Source: Tubiluchus corallicola (lineage: Eukaryota; Animalia; Priapulida). From it: a stretch of DNA of 64,000 nt. The notes beneath the pieces were generated by a model. It saw only the letters and a list, made by a program, of their open reading frames with translations, was not told the DNA's origin and searched no databases. Of the stretch, positions 28,116-41,249 are shown piece by piece. Location of the stretch: contig JAQGDQ010000892.1 in the NCBI GenBank assembly GCA_030141605.1, positions 1 to 64,000 on the forward strand. The letters run 5' to 3'. Numbering within the stretch: the stretch's first letter is position 1; each line of letters starts with the position of its first letter. The position numbers and the translations under genes were made by a program.

Positions 28116-28542
28116 TTATTTATTCCAATAGACTTTCTTGGTGCAAATAAAGAAACCAAACTGTGCTCTGAACGCTAGAGTTTACATCTTGGATCCCGAT
28201 GTGCTCTAATTTTTTAAGGTTATTAATTTCTTATCAGGTCGTCTTTGTACTTTTGATAAACAGCCGCCAGGTGCCGCAAGTTTATGAAGCTGCCTTATTT
28301 ACCTCACGTGCTTATTAGAAAAATTTTGAAGCAAAAGATGAAGATGCTTTTTTCCCTGAAATTACGCAGAAATTCAGGGATGAAGGGTATGTGTTTGAAA
28401 GCAGCGGATGTTTCATATTTCTGGACGTTTGACCTTCGCTTCTAGGTCACGATTTGTTCTAAATTTTAGCTTGAACGCTTCAAAGAAAAGGATTCATTTT
28501 GATGCTTTTTCGCAGTTCCAGCTACTAATTATGATTTGTGGA

Positions 28543-28890
28543 AAGGTCAGAGGTTAAGTGTACCAGACAATGCATTTGTGTACAATTGACAATGCTTCAC
28601 AGCCCATGCTATTGTAATAGTAACAGTTTTAACAGTTAGCTAGAAATTTACCTAGTTCATTTTTTCTTGTTCTCAAGCAAGATTCTGCTAGTATCACTCT
28701 ACGCACAGACTAGTGCATAATTAAGTTAATTCCACGTGAAACAACTGAAGTTACTGAACAAATGCGGCAGACAGCTTTGCTTTACACACACATGTCACGT
28801 GATGGTTGTAGTTAAGATTATTGTACACAACGGTACGCGTTGCTATGGTACACTTAACCTTTGACCTATATCTACTGCGCGTGCGTGCAA
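28543..28890 (-). mobile_element. Interspersed repeat family E (internal inverted repeat GGTCAAAGGTTAAGTGTACCA)
   Basis: Homologous to 31080-31295, 53907-54248, 59522-59862 and 61384-61725. Confidence 0.75.
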
Positions 28891-29910
28891 GGAAACTTTG
28901 AAAAGGTAATTGCTTTCTGGTGTTTTAATAAATTCAAAGACAGACAACGAAAATAACATTCAAGTACAAAAAAGAATAGTAAAGGTGAAAGGAAAGGGAA
29001 AGAGAAGGCATCATTAAAGAGAGAAAGAAGAAAAAATGACAAAGAATTAATGAAAGAGCGAAAGACAAACAGACAACAAAAAGAAGAAAGAAAAGAAAGG
29101 TAGAAAAAGAAAGAAAATGAGGGAAAAAGAAAGAAAGACAGAAAGATAAAAAGAAACAAAAAGGAAAAAAGCGAAAAAGGGAAAAGAAATCAGAAAAGAA
29201 GAAAGAAGAAAGAAAAGAAAGAAAAAATGTCACCCACCCAGCTGCAGAATTTTTCCAACATGTTTCCCCGCCGTTCCAGAATTCTTTGCAGCTTATAATA
29301 GGCCTAGATGCGGAAGTATCTCCACTTCCTGTACTTCCTATAAACGCCACATGGTAACATTGCAGTCAGTTTGAGAACACGCACACTTCTGCATCACTGT
29401 GGTTGCAAACGATGCGCAAAACACGTCAAAACAACATTCACAGTTGTGATAAACACAAGAGCAGCTATTTATTTTGTCAGCTCGTGCAACTTGGTAGAAG
29501 GAAATCGTTTGTCTGCCTTCCAGCTTATGCCGGAAGTAGGAAATCTTCCCGATTTTGAAGGAAATGGTCGAAAACGCGTGGTTTGAACGAGATTCGTGTT
29601 TGACAAAACTCTTTACCACCAATTAAATCGAAATTTACGTCAAGTTTCCATTGTGACTGTATGAACTGATACAGCAGCTAGTAGCTGATTTGCTTTATCC
29701 CGTCAATTCTGTATAAATTTCAATATTTAAATTGTTTTTTAGCTGTCTAATTTCTAAAATGAAATTATTTAAATTGTGTAATTTCTAGTACTGTAGATTT
29801 TATGACTGGGTATTATATGTTTGCCTTTGTTTGGTTTTAGGGACAACTTCGACAATAACTAATAGTTTATATTGTTGGCTGAGGTGTCCATTCACGTTAA
29901 ATAAAGATTT

Positions 29911-29929
29911 AATAATAATAATAATATTA

Positions 29930-29975
<46 letters not shown>

Positions 29976-30722
29976 CAACAACAATAATAATAGTAATAAT
30001 AATAATAATAACAACAACAACAACAATAATAATAATAATAATAACAACAACAACAACAACAACAACAGCAGCAGCAGGAGCATTAGCAGCAGTAACAACA
30101 GCAGCAGCAGCAACAACAATAACAATAACAACAACAGCAACAACAGCAGCAGCAGCAGCAACAGCAACAACAACAACAACAGCAAAGCAACAACAACAAC
30201 AACAACAGCAAAGCAACAACAACAACAACAGCAAAGCAACAACAACAACAACAAGAGCAGCAGCAGCAACAACAACAACAACAACAACAACAAGAGCAAC
30301 AACAACAACAACAGCAAAGCAACAACAACAACAACAACAACAGCAAAGCAACAACAACAACAACAACAACAGCAAAGCAACAACAACAACAACAAGAGCA
30401 GCAACAGCAACAACAACAACAACAACAACAACAAGAGCAACAACAACAACAGCAAAGCTACAACAACAACAACAACAACAGCAAAGCAACAACAACAACA
30501 GCAGCAGCAGCAAAGCAACAACAGCAACAACAACAACAACAACAACAACAAGAGCAACAACAACAACAGCAAAGCAACAACAACAACAACAACAACAACA
30601 ACAGCAGCAAAGCTACAACAACAACAACAACAACAACAGCAAAGCAACAACAACAACAACAACAGCAGCAGCAAAGCAACCACAACAACAACAAGAGCAA
30701 CAACAACGACAGCAAGAGCAAC
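29911..30722. repeat. (AAT)/(AAC)/(AGC) compound trinucleotide array
   Basis: Directly visible. Source of the poly-T/Q/N/L/V/C pseudo-ORFs. Confidence 0.96.
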
Positions 30723-31029
30723 ACAGAGCTAGCATTTCTAAGTTCACATCTCGCAACTCCGTTCAATTCTCGGTTTTTAACAGTTTCTGAGCAGCTATAA
30801 AGTCTTCATTACTGAAGTTTAAAACCATTAATGTCAACTTTGTTTTAGTCTTTCACATTATAGCCACTTTACTTGATGATCTGATCAGAAACTTTAAACA
30901 ATGAACGTCTAATTCTAAGCGCAGAACACACCTTTTAATCAGCAGTAAATTAAGTATGGTTCAAGTTCAAGTACTTGTAGATGAAAGTTCAAGTACTTGT
31001 ACTTTACTCAAGGTGAAAGTGATAGCAAA

Positions 31030-31295
31030 TTACGAATAAGCTTTTTCACAGTTCCAGCGAATGATTATGATCGTGATAATGTCAAAGGTTGAGTACGCCA
31101 GACAACACATTTGTGTACACTTTACAACGATTCGCAGCCCATACTATTGTAATAGTAACAGTTTTAACAGCTAGCTAGAATCTCACCTAGTTCATTTTAT
31201 TCTTGTTTCCAAGCAAGATCCTGCTAGTAAATCACTCAACGACTAATGAATAATTAAGTAAAGTCCGTGTAAAACAACCGACGTTACTGAACTGA
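31030..31295 (-). mobile_element. Family E repeat, partial copy
   Basis: Matches 28505-28760. Confidence 0.7.
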
Positions 31296-31329
31296 TGTAT
31301 ACTAATGGCACAAAACGGTATTTATTAAA

Positions 31330-31348
31330 GACAGACAGACAGAGAGAG

Positions 31349-31434
<86 letters not shown>

Positions 31435-31461
31435 AGAGAGGGAGAGAGTTGGAGAGAAAGG

Positions 31462-31529
<68 letters not shown>

Positions 31530-31779
31530 AAGCAAGTGTGAGGGAGACGACATAATAGTGTGAGTAAAACTGAAGAGACTAAATTAGCATACAGTAGACT
31601 TGCAAATTCCTAGGCAACCCGCAAGGTGTCCGAGTCTATCTATATTTAGTCGTTAGTCGTTAGTCAGTATCTGATAGTATCATATGATATCAGCACGTGA
31701 TATGCACCTGATAGCACAACAATTTGTAGGTTGGGATTAATTGTACTGTTTCTGTTTTATCAGTCACGTAAATTTGTCT

Positions 31780-31831
<52 letters not shown>

Positions 31832-31947
31832 TTTTTCTTTCTTTCTTTCTTTCTGTCTTTCTTTCCTTCCTTCCTTCCTTCCTTCCTTCATTTTTTCTGT
31901 CTGTCTGTCTGTCCGTCCGTCCGTCCGTCCGTCCGTCCGTCCGTCCT

Positions 31948-31979
<32 letters not shown>

Positions 31980-32040
31980 TCATTCGTCCTTTCTTTCTTA
32001 CTTTTCCTTTTCTTTCTTTTATTCGTTCTTTTTGTCTTTC
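31330..32040. repeat. (GA)n tract (31330-31530) and (TTTC)/(TCCG) tract (31778-32040)
   Basis: Directly visible. Confidence 0.9.
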
Positions 32041-32564
32041 TGACTTTCTTTTTTCTCTCATTTTCTTTCTTTTGCTACTCTCCTTTTTCTTCTTATCTCT
32101 TTCTATCCGTCTATCGTTCTTCCTTTAATTTGCTGTCCTTTCTCTTTGACTGACACTCTGTCTTCTAAACATCAGTGATGACGTCAGTGTGCTAAGTTAT
32201 CAATTAATAGTCCGCCAGGTTAATTGACATTTTGACACCTTCTGGCACGTTTCACAGTCATTAACAATTCTTTTATACTTTGCTTTTGTGTTGTTTATAT
32301 CATCATTCAAGCAAACGAGAATGGGGTCGAGTTCCCCCGCAGTTTACTCACAACTGGGTCGAGCGCCCTCTTGTTTGGACAGTTTGTTTAGGCAATTCAT
32401 GTGGATGTTTCGTACTGTTTATGGGTGGGTAGTACATCATGGTACTAGACTTGACTATTTCCGTCAATCGTCTTACGGCGTGGTGTTTAGATTTAATGAA
32501 TGCTCGTGATTGGCTAGTTGTTACTGCACGTTTAAAATATGGAGGGGCTGAATGATCAACTGAA

Positions 32565-32958
<394 letters not shown>

Positions 32959-32986
32959 TCCTGCCAAGTCAGGTATTCATATACAA

Positions 32987-33419
32987 AGAAATACAGGATG
33001 ATTTTTCATATGCTACACCATTTTCAAGTCCGATAAAAATTAAACATTTTAACACAATTAGTACTACGTTTCTTATAATTAAATGATAGATTAAACGCTT
33101 AATTAACGACCGGCGAGCCCAACTGTTGATGACATCACAAACTAACATAATTTTCAACAGCAAAAATATTCCACGAGAGTGTTGCACGTGTTTGCAAAAG
33201 CGAAAATTGAGGTACAGCGCTACTGTAAGAGATTCCATGTTGTGCCAAAACTTGTACTAAAAATTTAGGTTTTAAGTTATATTTTATTTTGCGCGCAAGT
33301 AGTTTTGATTATGCACTGATGCATTTACCTGTACGTTTTTTGTTATTTCGAGTATCACAAAACTTTCACTGATATTTTGTTATGACTCTCAATGTTACCA
33401 TATCTCAGTCTGCCCGACC
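32987..33419 (-). mobile_element. Kolobok-like family A variant, partial
   Basis: Reverse-complement homolog of 26279-26653. Confidence 0.7.
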
Positions 33420-34651
33420 ACAGGTAGCGTAGTTAAGGGAAATTAAGCAGGAATTCTAGGGGCCTTTGTACTTTCACACAACTAAAACTCTTACACATAA
33501 AGCAACGTTAATTGCAGTCTAATGTTTAAGGTGAAAAGGGCGTGGATTAACCAGCAAAACCTGCTGACAGGAAAATAATTAATGCTTACCATATTATAAC
33601 AGGTGAAAAGTAATTACCGTTCAAATCACCTGATGATTTACACCTGAAAACCCTCAAGTGCGCACGAAAAGTTCTTTGAATCCTCAGAATCTTATAATGG
33701 GTAAAAATTGGCTTCCGTTTAGCACGATTCGGGGGATCAAGGAGTGGGGCTTCTCCAATGGAGACGTCATCGAGATATAATGAGTTTTACAGCAACTAGG
33801 CAAAGCTGCAGCAATGATAAAAATAGCAACTTGAGCAATAGTGTACGTTGAATAGTATCTCTTTGGTATCGAAATTAATTGTAAGCGCCCTGTGGAAGTT
33901 GTAACTGTATATTTTTAGGTGCTGCCATCTATTGACTAATCACTTTACATTTTACTAGCTAAACTCACCCCTAGTACAATTGTTCGGTCCAGTGAATATG
34001 CATACTCACTGGATCTCCCCCTATTTTACTGTAATGGTATTTGTGAAGCCAAGTTTGCATAGTTACCTCTACCTATATATACTGGCTGGATTTTACTTCT
34101 AGCCACTGTCTAACTCTCAGTGATCAGTGCAGGACACTCTGGTCCTCAGTGTGCAGTGTAGCAGTCATTCTACATATGTCTATGTAGTCTAATAAACGTT
34201 TTCCGTTTTGTGCAGATATGTAGTACAGTGTTTTATTCTTTTTCTGCAAAGTGTCAAACTACAACCTCATACATGACTTTCACACGCCCATCAGCGCATA
34301 AGAACAAATCTTGTAATACGTTGGAATTCTAATTTGCAGTGTAAACTTCAACCGTAATAAACTATTCATAAAGTTAACGTAACTATTTAGTCGTTTGATG
34401 TTTAACGAGTTATCTGAAGCTCATAATCCTTGATAGAACTTGAAAGATTTGCATTGTACAGCTCATTGCGTGAACTTGCTTGAAAACTCGAGGGATACAG
34501 ATCTATACTCACAACGCAATATTTCGTGGTTACAGTTGTGTGGGACCATATCATAGCCCTATTAACCTAAGCCCTTGAAGTCGGGCAATTGAACGAGTGC
34601 CGAAATCAATTGTCTTGAAGCAATCTTAGAGTGAATCATATATTCGATTAA

Positions 34652-35095
34652 CCCTTTCATACCCATTGTATCCCGTGGGATACGAGAATATTTTCTGCCT
34701 TTAAAATTAATAAAATTTTAAAACTGAAAGTCATTTGATCTGTTAATAGTTATTTTGATTTAAGCCAATAACAATAGACTAAAATGGTGATAAAATGGCA
34801 AACTAGAAAATCTACGTAGCATAAAATACTGCGCAAGGTACAGTACTTTAGAGATGACTTTGTACAGATCAGCATAGCGTGCATACTAAATGTCTTAAAT
34901 ACTTTAAAAAATTATCAGCAGTTGCAAAATGAACCACATTTTATGCTTCCATTGAATCCCGTAGGATACAGGCTATATTTAGCACACGGGCACAGGTAGA
35001 AAAAAATAATTGTGTAAACGAGATGGACATACTGAACAAAATTACCAAGCCAAAATTTTTTTTCTTACTAAAAAAATAATTTGGGACTGAAAGGG
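34652..35095. mobile_element. piggyBac-like MITE
   Basis: TTAA|CCCTTTCATACCC ... GGGACTGAAAGGG|TTAA. Internal palindromic motif ATCCCGTRGGATAC occurs twice. Confidence 0.85.
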
Positions 35096-35274
35096 TTAAT
35101 TGCAAAATTAATCAAGGTGGTTGTATCATAAATAGAAGGCCACACAAAGCTACAGCTATGATAAAAATACACCATTCAATTTTGAACGATTTGACGACCA
35201 TTACTGAAAATATCAACTCGCTAAAGTTATAGACGGACTCATGGATTTTTTTAACTTTTAAGGTACTACTTCGT

Positions 35275-35678
35275 GTGTGCGTAATGCGTGATGCGTGATC
35301 CGAAATGCGTGTACAACAGTTTATCTTTAAACACGTAGAAATGTTTCCATGTGCGCGTAATGCGTAAAGCCTGATCCGTAATGCGTGATGCGTGATCCGA
35401 AATGCGTATGCAACAGTTTATCTTTAAACACGTAGAAATGTTTCCATGTGCGCGCAATGCGTAAAGCCTGATCCGTAATGCGCGATGCGTGATCCGAAAT
35501 GCGTATACAATAGTATACAATAACGTTTTTTGTATTTGAGTTTTTGAGAGGTGGAAGAAGTATGTAGTTCTGTGTTGTGCATCTAACTGCAGTGTTTTGA
35601 CTAAATGATGATACCTGCCATATTGTTCTCTCCCCTGCAAAATGTTGTTCACCCAAAACCTGTGATTTCTTTTCCATC

Positions 35679-35680
<2 letters not shown>
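35275..35680 (-). mobile_element. PIF/Harbinger transposase N-terminal remnant with an adjacent 97-bp tandem repeat
   Basis: Minus-strand RFWVNNILQGREQYGRYHHLVKTLQLD...YFFHLS resembles the RxWVxxxxxxRxxxGxYxxLxxELxxD...YFRMS start of Harbinger transposases. 97-bp units at 35281, 35378 and 35475. Confidence 0.6.
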
Positions 35681-35812
<132 letters not shown>

Positions 35813-36688
35813 AATGATAGAAAACAATAATAACAGAATCATGAATTGTTGAAATTTTATGCACGGAGTTAGTAAACAATTTCTTAACTTCCTAATCTCT
35901 ACTTTTATTAAAAAATATAAACTTAAGAATATCACACATGGATGGGAATTCTGGAAACGTATCTGATATTTGATTTAAGAACGCTGTCCTTTCTTGACAA
36001 CAAACATTACACACTAAAGTGAAATTCATCTTCCGTGCTCCAGTTCTTACATAAAGTACATTTTCTCATGTCAGCAGGAGTATTAACTCTGGTAGTCTTC
36101 AGTATGTAATGTATGGGAGCTAACGGTTTTTGACATTTTTAACGTTTATTTGACATTTTTTTGACCTTTTGACTGCAGCAGCTGATGAATCAACAATTAG
36201 TATAACATAACAATAAAATATAATGAAATATAATAACAGTTTGTGTTAAATACAATAAATTACAAAAAATTACAATAACATAATTACAATTTACATAAAA
36301 TGTTCAAATAATGGTGGAGAGTTGCGCACATCCACCGCTAGTTGTTTAAAGGGCGTGTCCTATCTAGTGATTACGTAGTAATATAAGTTCTGCGCTCTTT
36401 CTCTAAGGTTAGCACTCTCTGCGCATGCACATCTATATCTGCAGCAAACAACTGACTAAATATGGGCAACAAGAGTTTCGTAAGAATGCATGACGCTACC
36501 CTGCGTCACAATGAGCTCCTATATCCAATGAATGAGCAAAATAGTGCAAAACAATGGAAGTTACAAATTATAAATGTAAATCGAATTGTCACGTCTCCTT
36601 AGAAGAACCACTTTGTTCAAAAGAGAGGAACTAAAAGTTCTATGAATAAAGATACTCTCTAGTGAAGAAACTCTAAGAAGGTCACCAA

Positions 36689-38776
36689 ATGGTGCGACTG
36701 TGCACTTTTCTGAGCTGGTCCGCTGCTTTGCTCTCATTTGTGGGAGCATCATCAGCTTTAAATTCCAGCGATATTCCACCAGGATGCGGTCCTTTCAGCT
36801 CCGGTGGTTGGCCACTCCGTACACGCGAACTCCGCATCAAAGAAAAGGATTTTGCAACGACAAGAAAACATTATCTGGGAATTAAAGACGATATCCGTAA
36901 TCCTTTTTTGGGATGTAGGGGATTGGAAGCACACATATTTCTTCGCGAAATGGAAAAGGGCACGACTGACAATACTTTGTTTTACGAAGGCTATACAAAA
37001 TGCGTAGGTCCTTACGTAGGAATCAGAGAACCATATTTTAGTTTTTCGAAGATGCGCGACTACTTTCGTGCACACTGCCAAGATCAGTACGGTGAAAGAT
37101 GGCCTAAAGTGGAGGTACAGTTTAAATGCATGGCCAAGTTCCCCCCGCTCTTCAATTTTGGCCTAAACGAAAATCCCAGAAATTATCACTGGGTATCTCT
37201 TTCCATATATTTAGACCCATACGATGCTCATGAACCGAGTATCATAGCAGGTGGCAGTCATTACCTAGGCGAAGACATTCCTGTTGGTTCCAAGGTTATC
37301 AATATGTGTGGGGGAGATCTTGATGTGTGGGATTATGTAACCGGGTTTACATTATGTCTGGGTCAGGAATCCAACCTTGTTAATTGTAATAGCGAAGAAT
37401 ATTTTGCAACTGAACCAGAAGAGCAGTTTCGACAACCCCATGACTACTTCCCTCATATGACATGTCAACATGTGTACCTGAAGAAATCGTTGATTGATAA
37501 AGTTGGCCAAAATTTCCAAATTCGTGTCAAGCTGATACCTGATAATCCTAGACAGAAAAAATCTTTCCGCTGGAAAACAATTTATGTAACTGATAAAAAC
37601 AATCAAGGTCCCGAATTTCGCCACAGAATTTACACAGCCAGGGCAGACAGTGCAACTGGTTTGGAAGAAGTTGAACCTGCTACGATAAAAGCTGTTGACA
37701 AAGACATGAATAAAAATGAGGTTTTTTACACCTTTCCATTTCCAAACCAAGTTGAGGGCAAATTTCGATTTGAATGGAATGGGCAAATTTCTGCCGTACA
37801 ACAGCTTCCACCTTCAGCTAACTACTACGCTCTCATCCAAGCCACTGAGCACGAAGATGCCACGCACTACGACAGGGCCCTGTTATCTATCAAAGTCCGT
37901 AACGCCACAAAAACCGTAACGTTCGACAAAGAAAGTTACTCGGCAAAACTCTCTGCATACGAACTTGATAATACGCCTACAATGGTACTGTTCATAGAAG
38001 CGACCATGACGAACTCAAATATATCAGTTGATTATAAATTGATACCAGATGGCGGTCAGATTCCGAGTTATATGTTCGAACTGGTTGTCGTACAAAGAAA
38101 AGCAGAAAAGACACTTATTAGACTAGACATGGTAATAAACATGGTCATTAGGGACGAATACAATTTGGTCGTACAGGCATTTCATTGTGCATCCGAATCG
38201 AACCCATATTTATGTCGAATAGGTTCGGCTGACATTACTGTTACGGTAGTAAAAGGTATTATGAACAAACCCATGTTCACTCAGACATCTTACAGACTGG
38301 ACAGTGCAGGAACTGCTGGGTCATATGCAGGACAGGTAATGGCGTATTATAGAGGTTACACTGACGAACAGGTAATGTATTCGATTCTTACGTATGACGA
38401 AATATTGAAAATTGATAACAAAGGAAGAATTTCATTGAAGAGTGACGGATTTGGCACCATAGAAATTGCAGTTGGAGCTTGCAGCAGGGCCACTTTAGAT
38501 TTCGCTGACACCAGGTGTGCTTATACTAAAGTAATAATTGTAATGACAACTGTGACCAATCTTAATGAAACTGAATATAGACCTCTTCCCGAAGCCTCGC
38601 GTGCGCACCAGAGCAAAAAAGCACCTCCGAACTTTGGAATTTGGATGATGGTGGTGGTTATTGGTTTGATGTGTGTGGTCACTATCGGTGTGCTTTTTCT
38701 TCTTTTTCGTCAAGGGAAATGGTTTAACGCTGTTAGTAGCTCTACTCAAATGGGTGTGGCAAGCGATGACAATTAA
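36689..38776 (+). CDS. Single-ORF cadherin-domain type I membrane protein, copy 1 (695 aa)
   Basis: Signal peptide (about residues 1-22). Cadherin-like linker and calcium motifs DPYDAHEP, EDIPVGS, VTDKNNQGPEF, IKAVDKD, NKPMF. TM FGIWMMVVVIGLMCVVTIGVLFLLF and a short tail. AATAAA within about 110 bp downstream. The 2.1-kb ORF is intact in 3 paralogs. Confidence 0.9.
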   Translation: MVRLCTFLSWSAALLSFVGASSALNSSDIPPGCGPFSSGGWPLRTRELRIKEKDFATTRKHYLGIKDDIRNPFLGCRGLEAHIFLREMEKGTTDNTLFYEGYTKCVGPYVGIREPYFSFSKMRDYFRAHCQDQYGERWPKVEVQFKCMAKFPPLFNFGLNENPRNYHWVSLSIYLDPYDAHEPSIIAGGSHYLGEDIPVGSKVINMCGGDLDVWDYVTGFTLCLGQESNLVNCNSEEYFATEPEEQFRQPHDYFPHMTCQHVYLKKSLIDKVGQNFQIRVKLIPDNPRQKKSFRWKTIYVTDKNNQGPEFRHRIYTARADSATGLEEVEPATIKAVDKDMNKNEVFYTFPFPNQVEGKFRFEWNGQISAVQQLPPSANYYALIQATEHEDATHYDRALLSIKVRNATKTVTFDKESYSAKLSAYELDNTPTMVLFIEATMTNSNISVDYKLIPDGGQIPSYMFELVVVQRKAEKTLIRLDMVINMVIRDEYNLVVQAFHCASESNPYLCRIGSADITVTVVKGIMNKPMFTQTSYRLDSAGTAGSYAGQVMAYYRGYTDEQVMYSILTYDEILKIDNKGRISLKSDGFGTIEIAVGACSRATLDFADTRCAYTKVIIVMTTVTNLNETEYRPLPEASRAHQSKKAPPNFGIWMMVVVIGLMCVVTIGVLFLLFRQGKWFNAVSSSTQMGVASDDN

Positions 38777-39162
38777 ATTCTATTCATTTCAATTTTTATT
38801 TCGGTAACTGAGACTATATACAAATACAAATACATCCCAAAAATGGAATAAATTGAGCCAATTTTTTTTACAGGCTAATAAAACATTTCTAGTTTAAAAC
38901 AACACAACTTTTTTATAAACTTTATTATAAACTTCCAGTTACTCATAGCTCTGGTAACAATGGTGAGCTTTGTGGCCAGAGGCACAAATATGGTCATTAA
39001 TGCTGGTATGTGTGCATGTATATGTATATGCAAATATATGTGTACATGTATATGTATATAAGTGTGATGTCAAACGCTATATATATAAATATATATATAT
39101 ACATATACACATACACATATAAATGCATATACATATACATATACATAGATACATATAACTAT

Positions 39163-39254
<92 letters not shown>

Positions 39255-39672
39255 ATACAGGGATAGTAAATTAAGTAATAGTAAATGTAAATAGCAAATT
39301 AAGACCTAAATAAACATTAGAGACTAATTAAGCAATAACTCGTTCCATTTCACGAAAAGGCAGGAACTGACAAGTCTATATGGTGAACTAACAATAGCAA
39401 ATATAATACTATTGCCAGCGTACAGCAGTAACCTATTTCGAATGCTATAACGTGACGTTCTGCCAATATGACTAAGATTGTGTAGAAGTAGGTTTACACA
39501 AAATTGTATCATGTCAACAACAATGCGTTGCATGTATGAAAAATATTTTAAACGAAAGATGGCGGCCGTTTTTATACTTTGAAACCATGTTTTACCATCC
39601 AATTATAATCTCACAAGGATGAGCAGAAGGTTTTTAATTTAAAAAAATGTATTTACATCGTTTTAAAAAGTT

Positions 39673-39886
39673 ATGACTCATTTAGACGTAGACGCTTCTT
39701 TCGCAACTTGTTGCACAACTTCTCCGAGAGTAAAGTTACACGTGTGAACGGCTAGGCAGCTCCTCTTATTTTGAGGACAGAAGTTGCCATAAAGCGTTCA
39801 TATGTGCGGTTTGCGAAGAAAGTTACCATGTGTAACTTTACTCTCAGAGAAAAGTTGCGTGAGAAGTCTGTACGTCTGAACGCGCC
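39673..39886. mobile_element. Fold-back MITE (Harbinger-like termini), duplicated with the gene unit
   Basis: The left arm ...AGACGTAGACGCTTCT...GAGAGTAAAGTTACAC pairs with GTGTAACTTTACTCTCAGAGAAAAGTTGCGTGAGAAGTCTGTACGTCTGAACG. Copies at 46600-46815 and, truncated, 52321-52413. Confidence 0.65.
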
Positions 39887-40129
39887 TTTACTCTCAACAG
39901 AGTCAGCGTGTATGTTAATTTCCCAAGCCATAGAGACAAAGTTATGTTGTGTTAGAGCATATGTTAAAGACACAATATGGATTAAGATTGCATTAATAAT
40001 GCCACATTTGGTTTGATTAACATCACTACTTCTTAAGTGAGTTATTAGTATGAAGATGATTACCAATATGTCCGTCATTGACACATCATTTGATGTTAAT
40101 GAATACAGTAACAATTATGATGATATCAT

Positions 40130-40580
<451 letters not shown>

Positions 40581-41249
40581 AAGTTTATATTTTTTGTCGA
40601 TAAAAATGATAATTATGAACCTGATTCTGATCATCGAGAAGCAATTAATTTATGAAAGCTGAAAATTCTGAAGTTGCTCCTTGCTAGTGATGGCAAATTA
40701 GGTAAAAACTAATTGATTTTTGATTATGAATAACCTCAAAGATAGCTGACGTAATTGTTGAGATTTCAACTTATAAATTAAAAAGCACGAATATTATAAA
40801 GAAATTAATCAGTCAGTTATAACGAATATTACAATAAAAACTGCTTAAAATATTTACATATTCGTAATAGATACGTCCCAGGCACAATTTATAAATAAAC
40901 TGTAACGGGACAGATATATTACGTAGTAATATAAGTTCTGCGCTCTTTCTCTAAGGTTAGCACTCTCTGCGCATGCACATCTGTATCTGCAGCAAACAAG
41001 TGACTAAATATGGGCAACAAGAGTTTCGTAAGAACGCATGACGCTACCCTGCGTCACAATGAGCTCCTATATCCAATGAATGAGCAAAATAGTGCAAAAC
41101 AATGGAAGTTACAAATTATAAATGTGAATCGAATCTCCTTAGAAGAACCACTTTGTTCAAAAGAGAGCAACTAAAAGTGTAGGCGCTACTTCTACGAATA
41201 AAGATACTCTCTAGTGAAGAAACTCTAAGAAGGTCTTTAGAGTCACCAA

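Noticed and set aside
29800-30790. Long poly-T/Q/N/L/V/C ORFs (also at 4375-4810, 40050-40634, 46963-47538, 56389-56997)
   Set aside because: Trinucleotide microsatellites are open in several frames on both strands, so these are not genes.
36700-38749. Overlapping and antisense ORFs conserved across the three paralogs
   Set aside because: They are conserved only because the underlying DNA is recently duplicated. There is no independent coding signal.
36689-38776. Naming the genes as protocadherin, Fat or a classical cadherin
   Set aside because: Too few and too degenerate EC repeats, and no recognisable cytoplasmic motifs, so no gene symbol can be supported.
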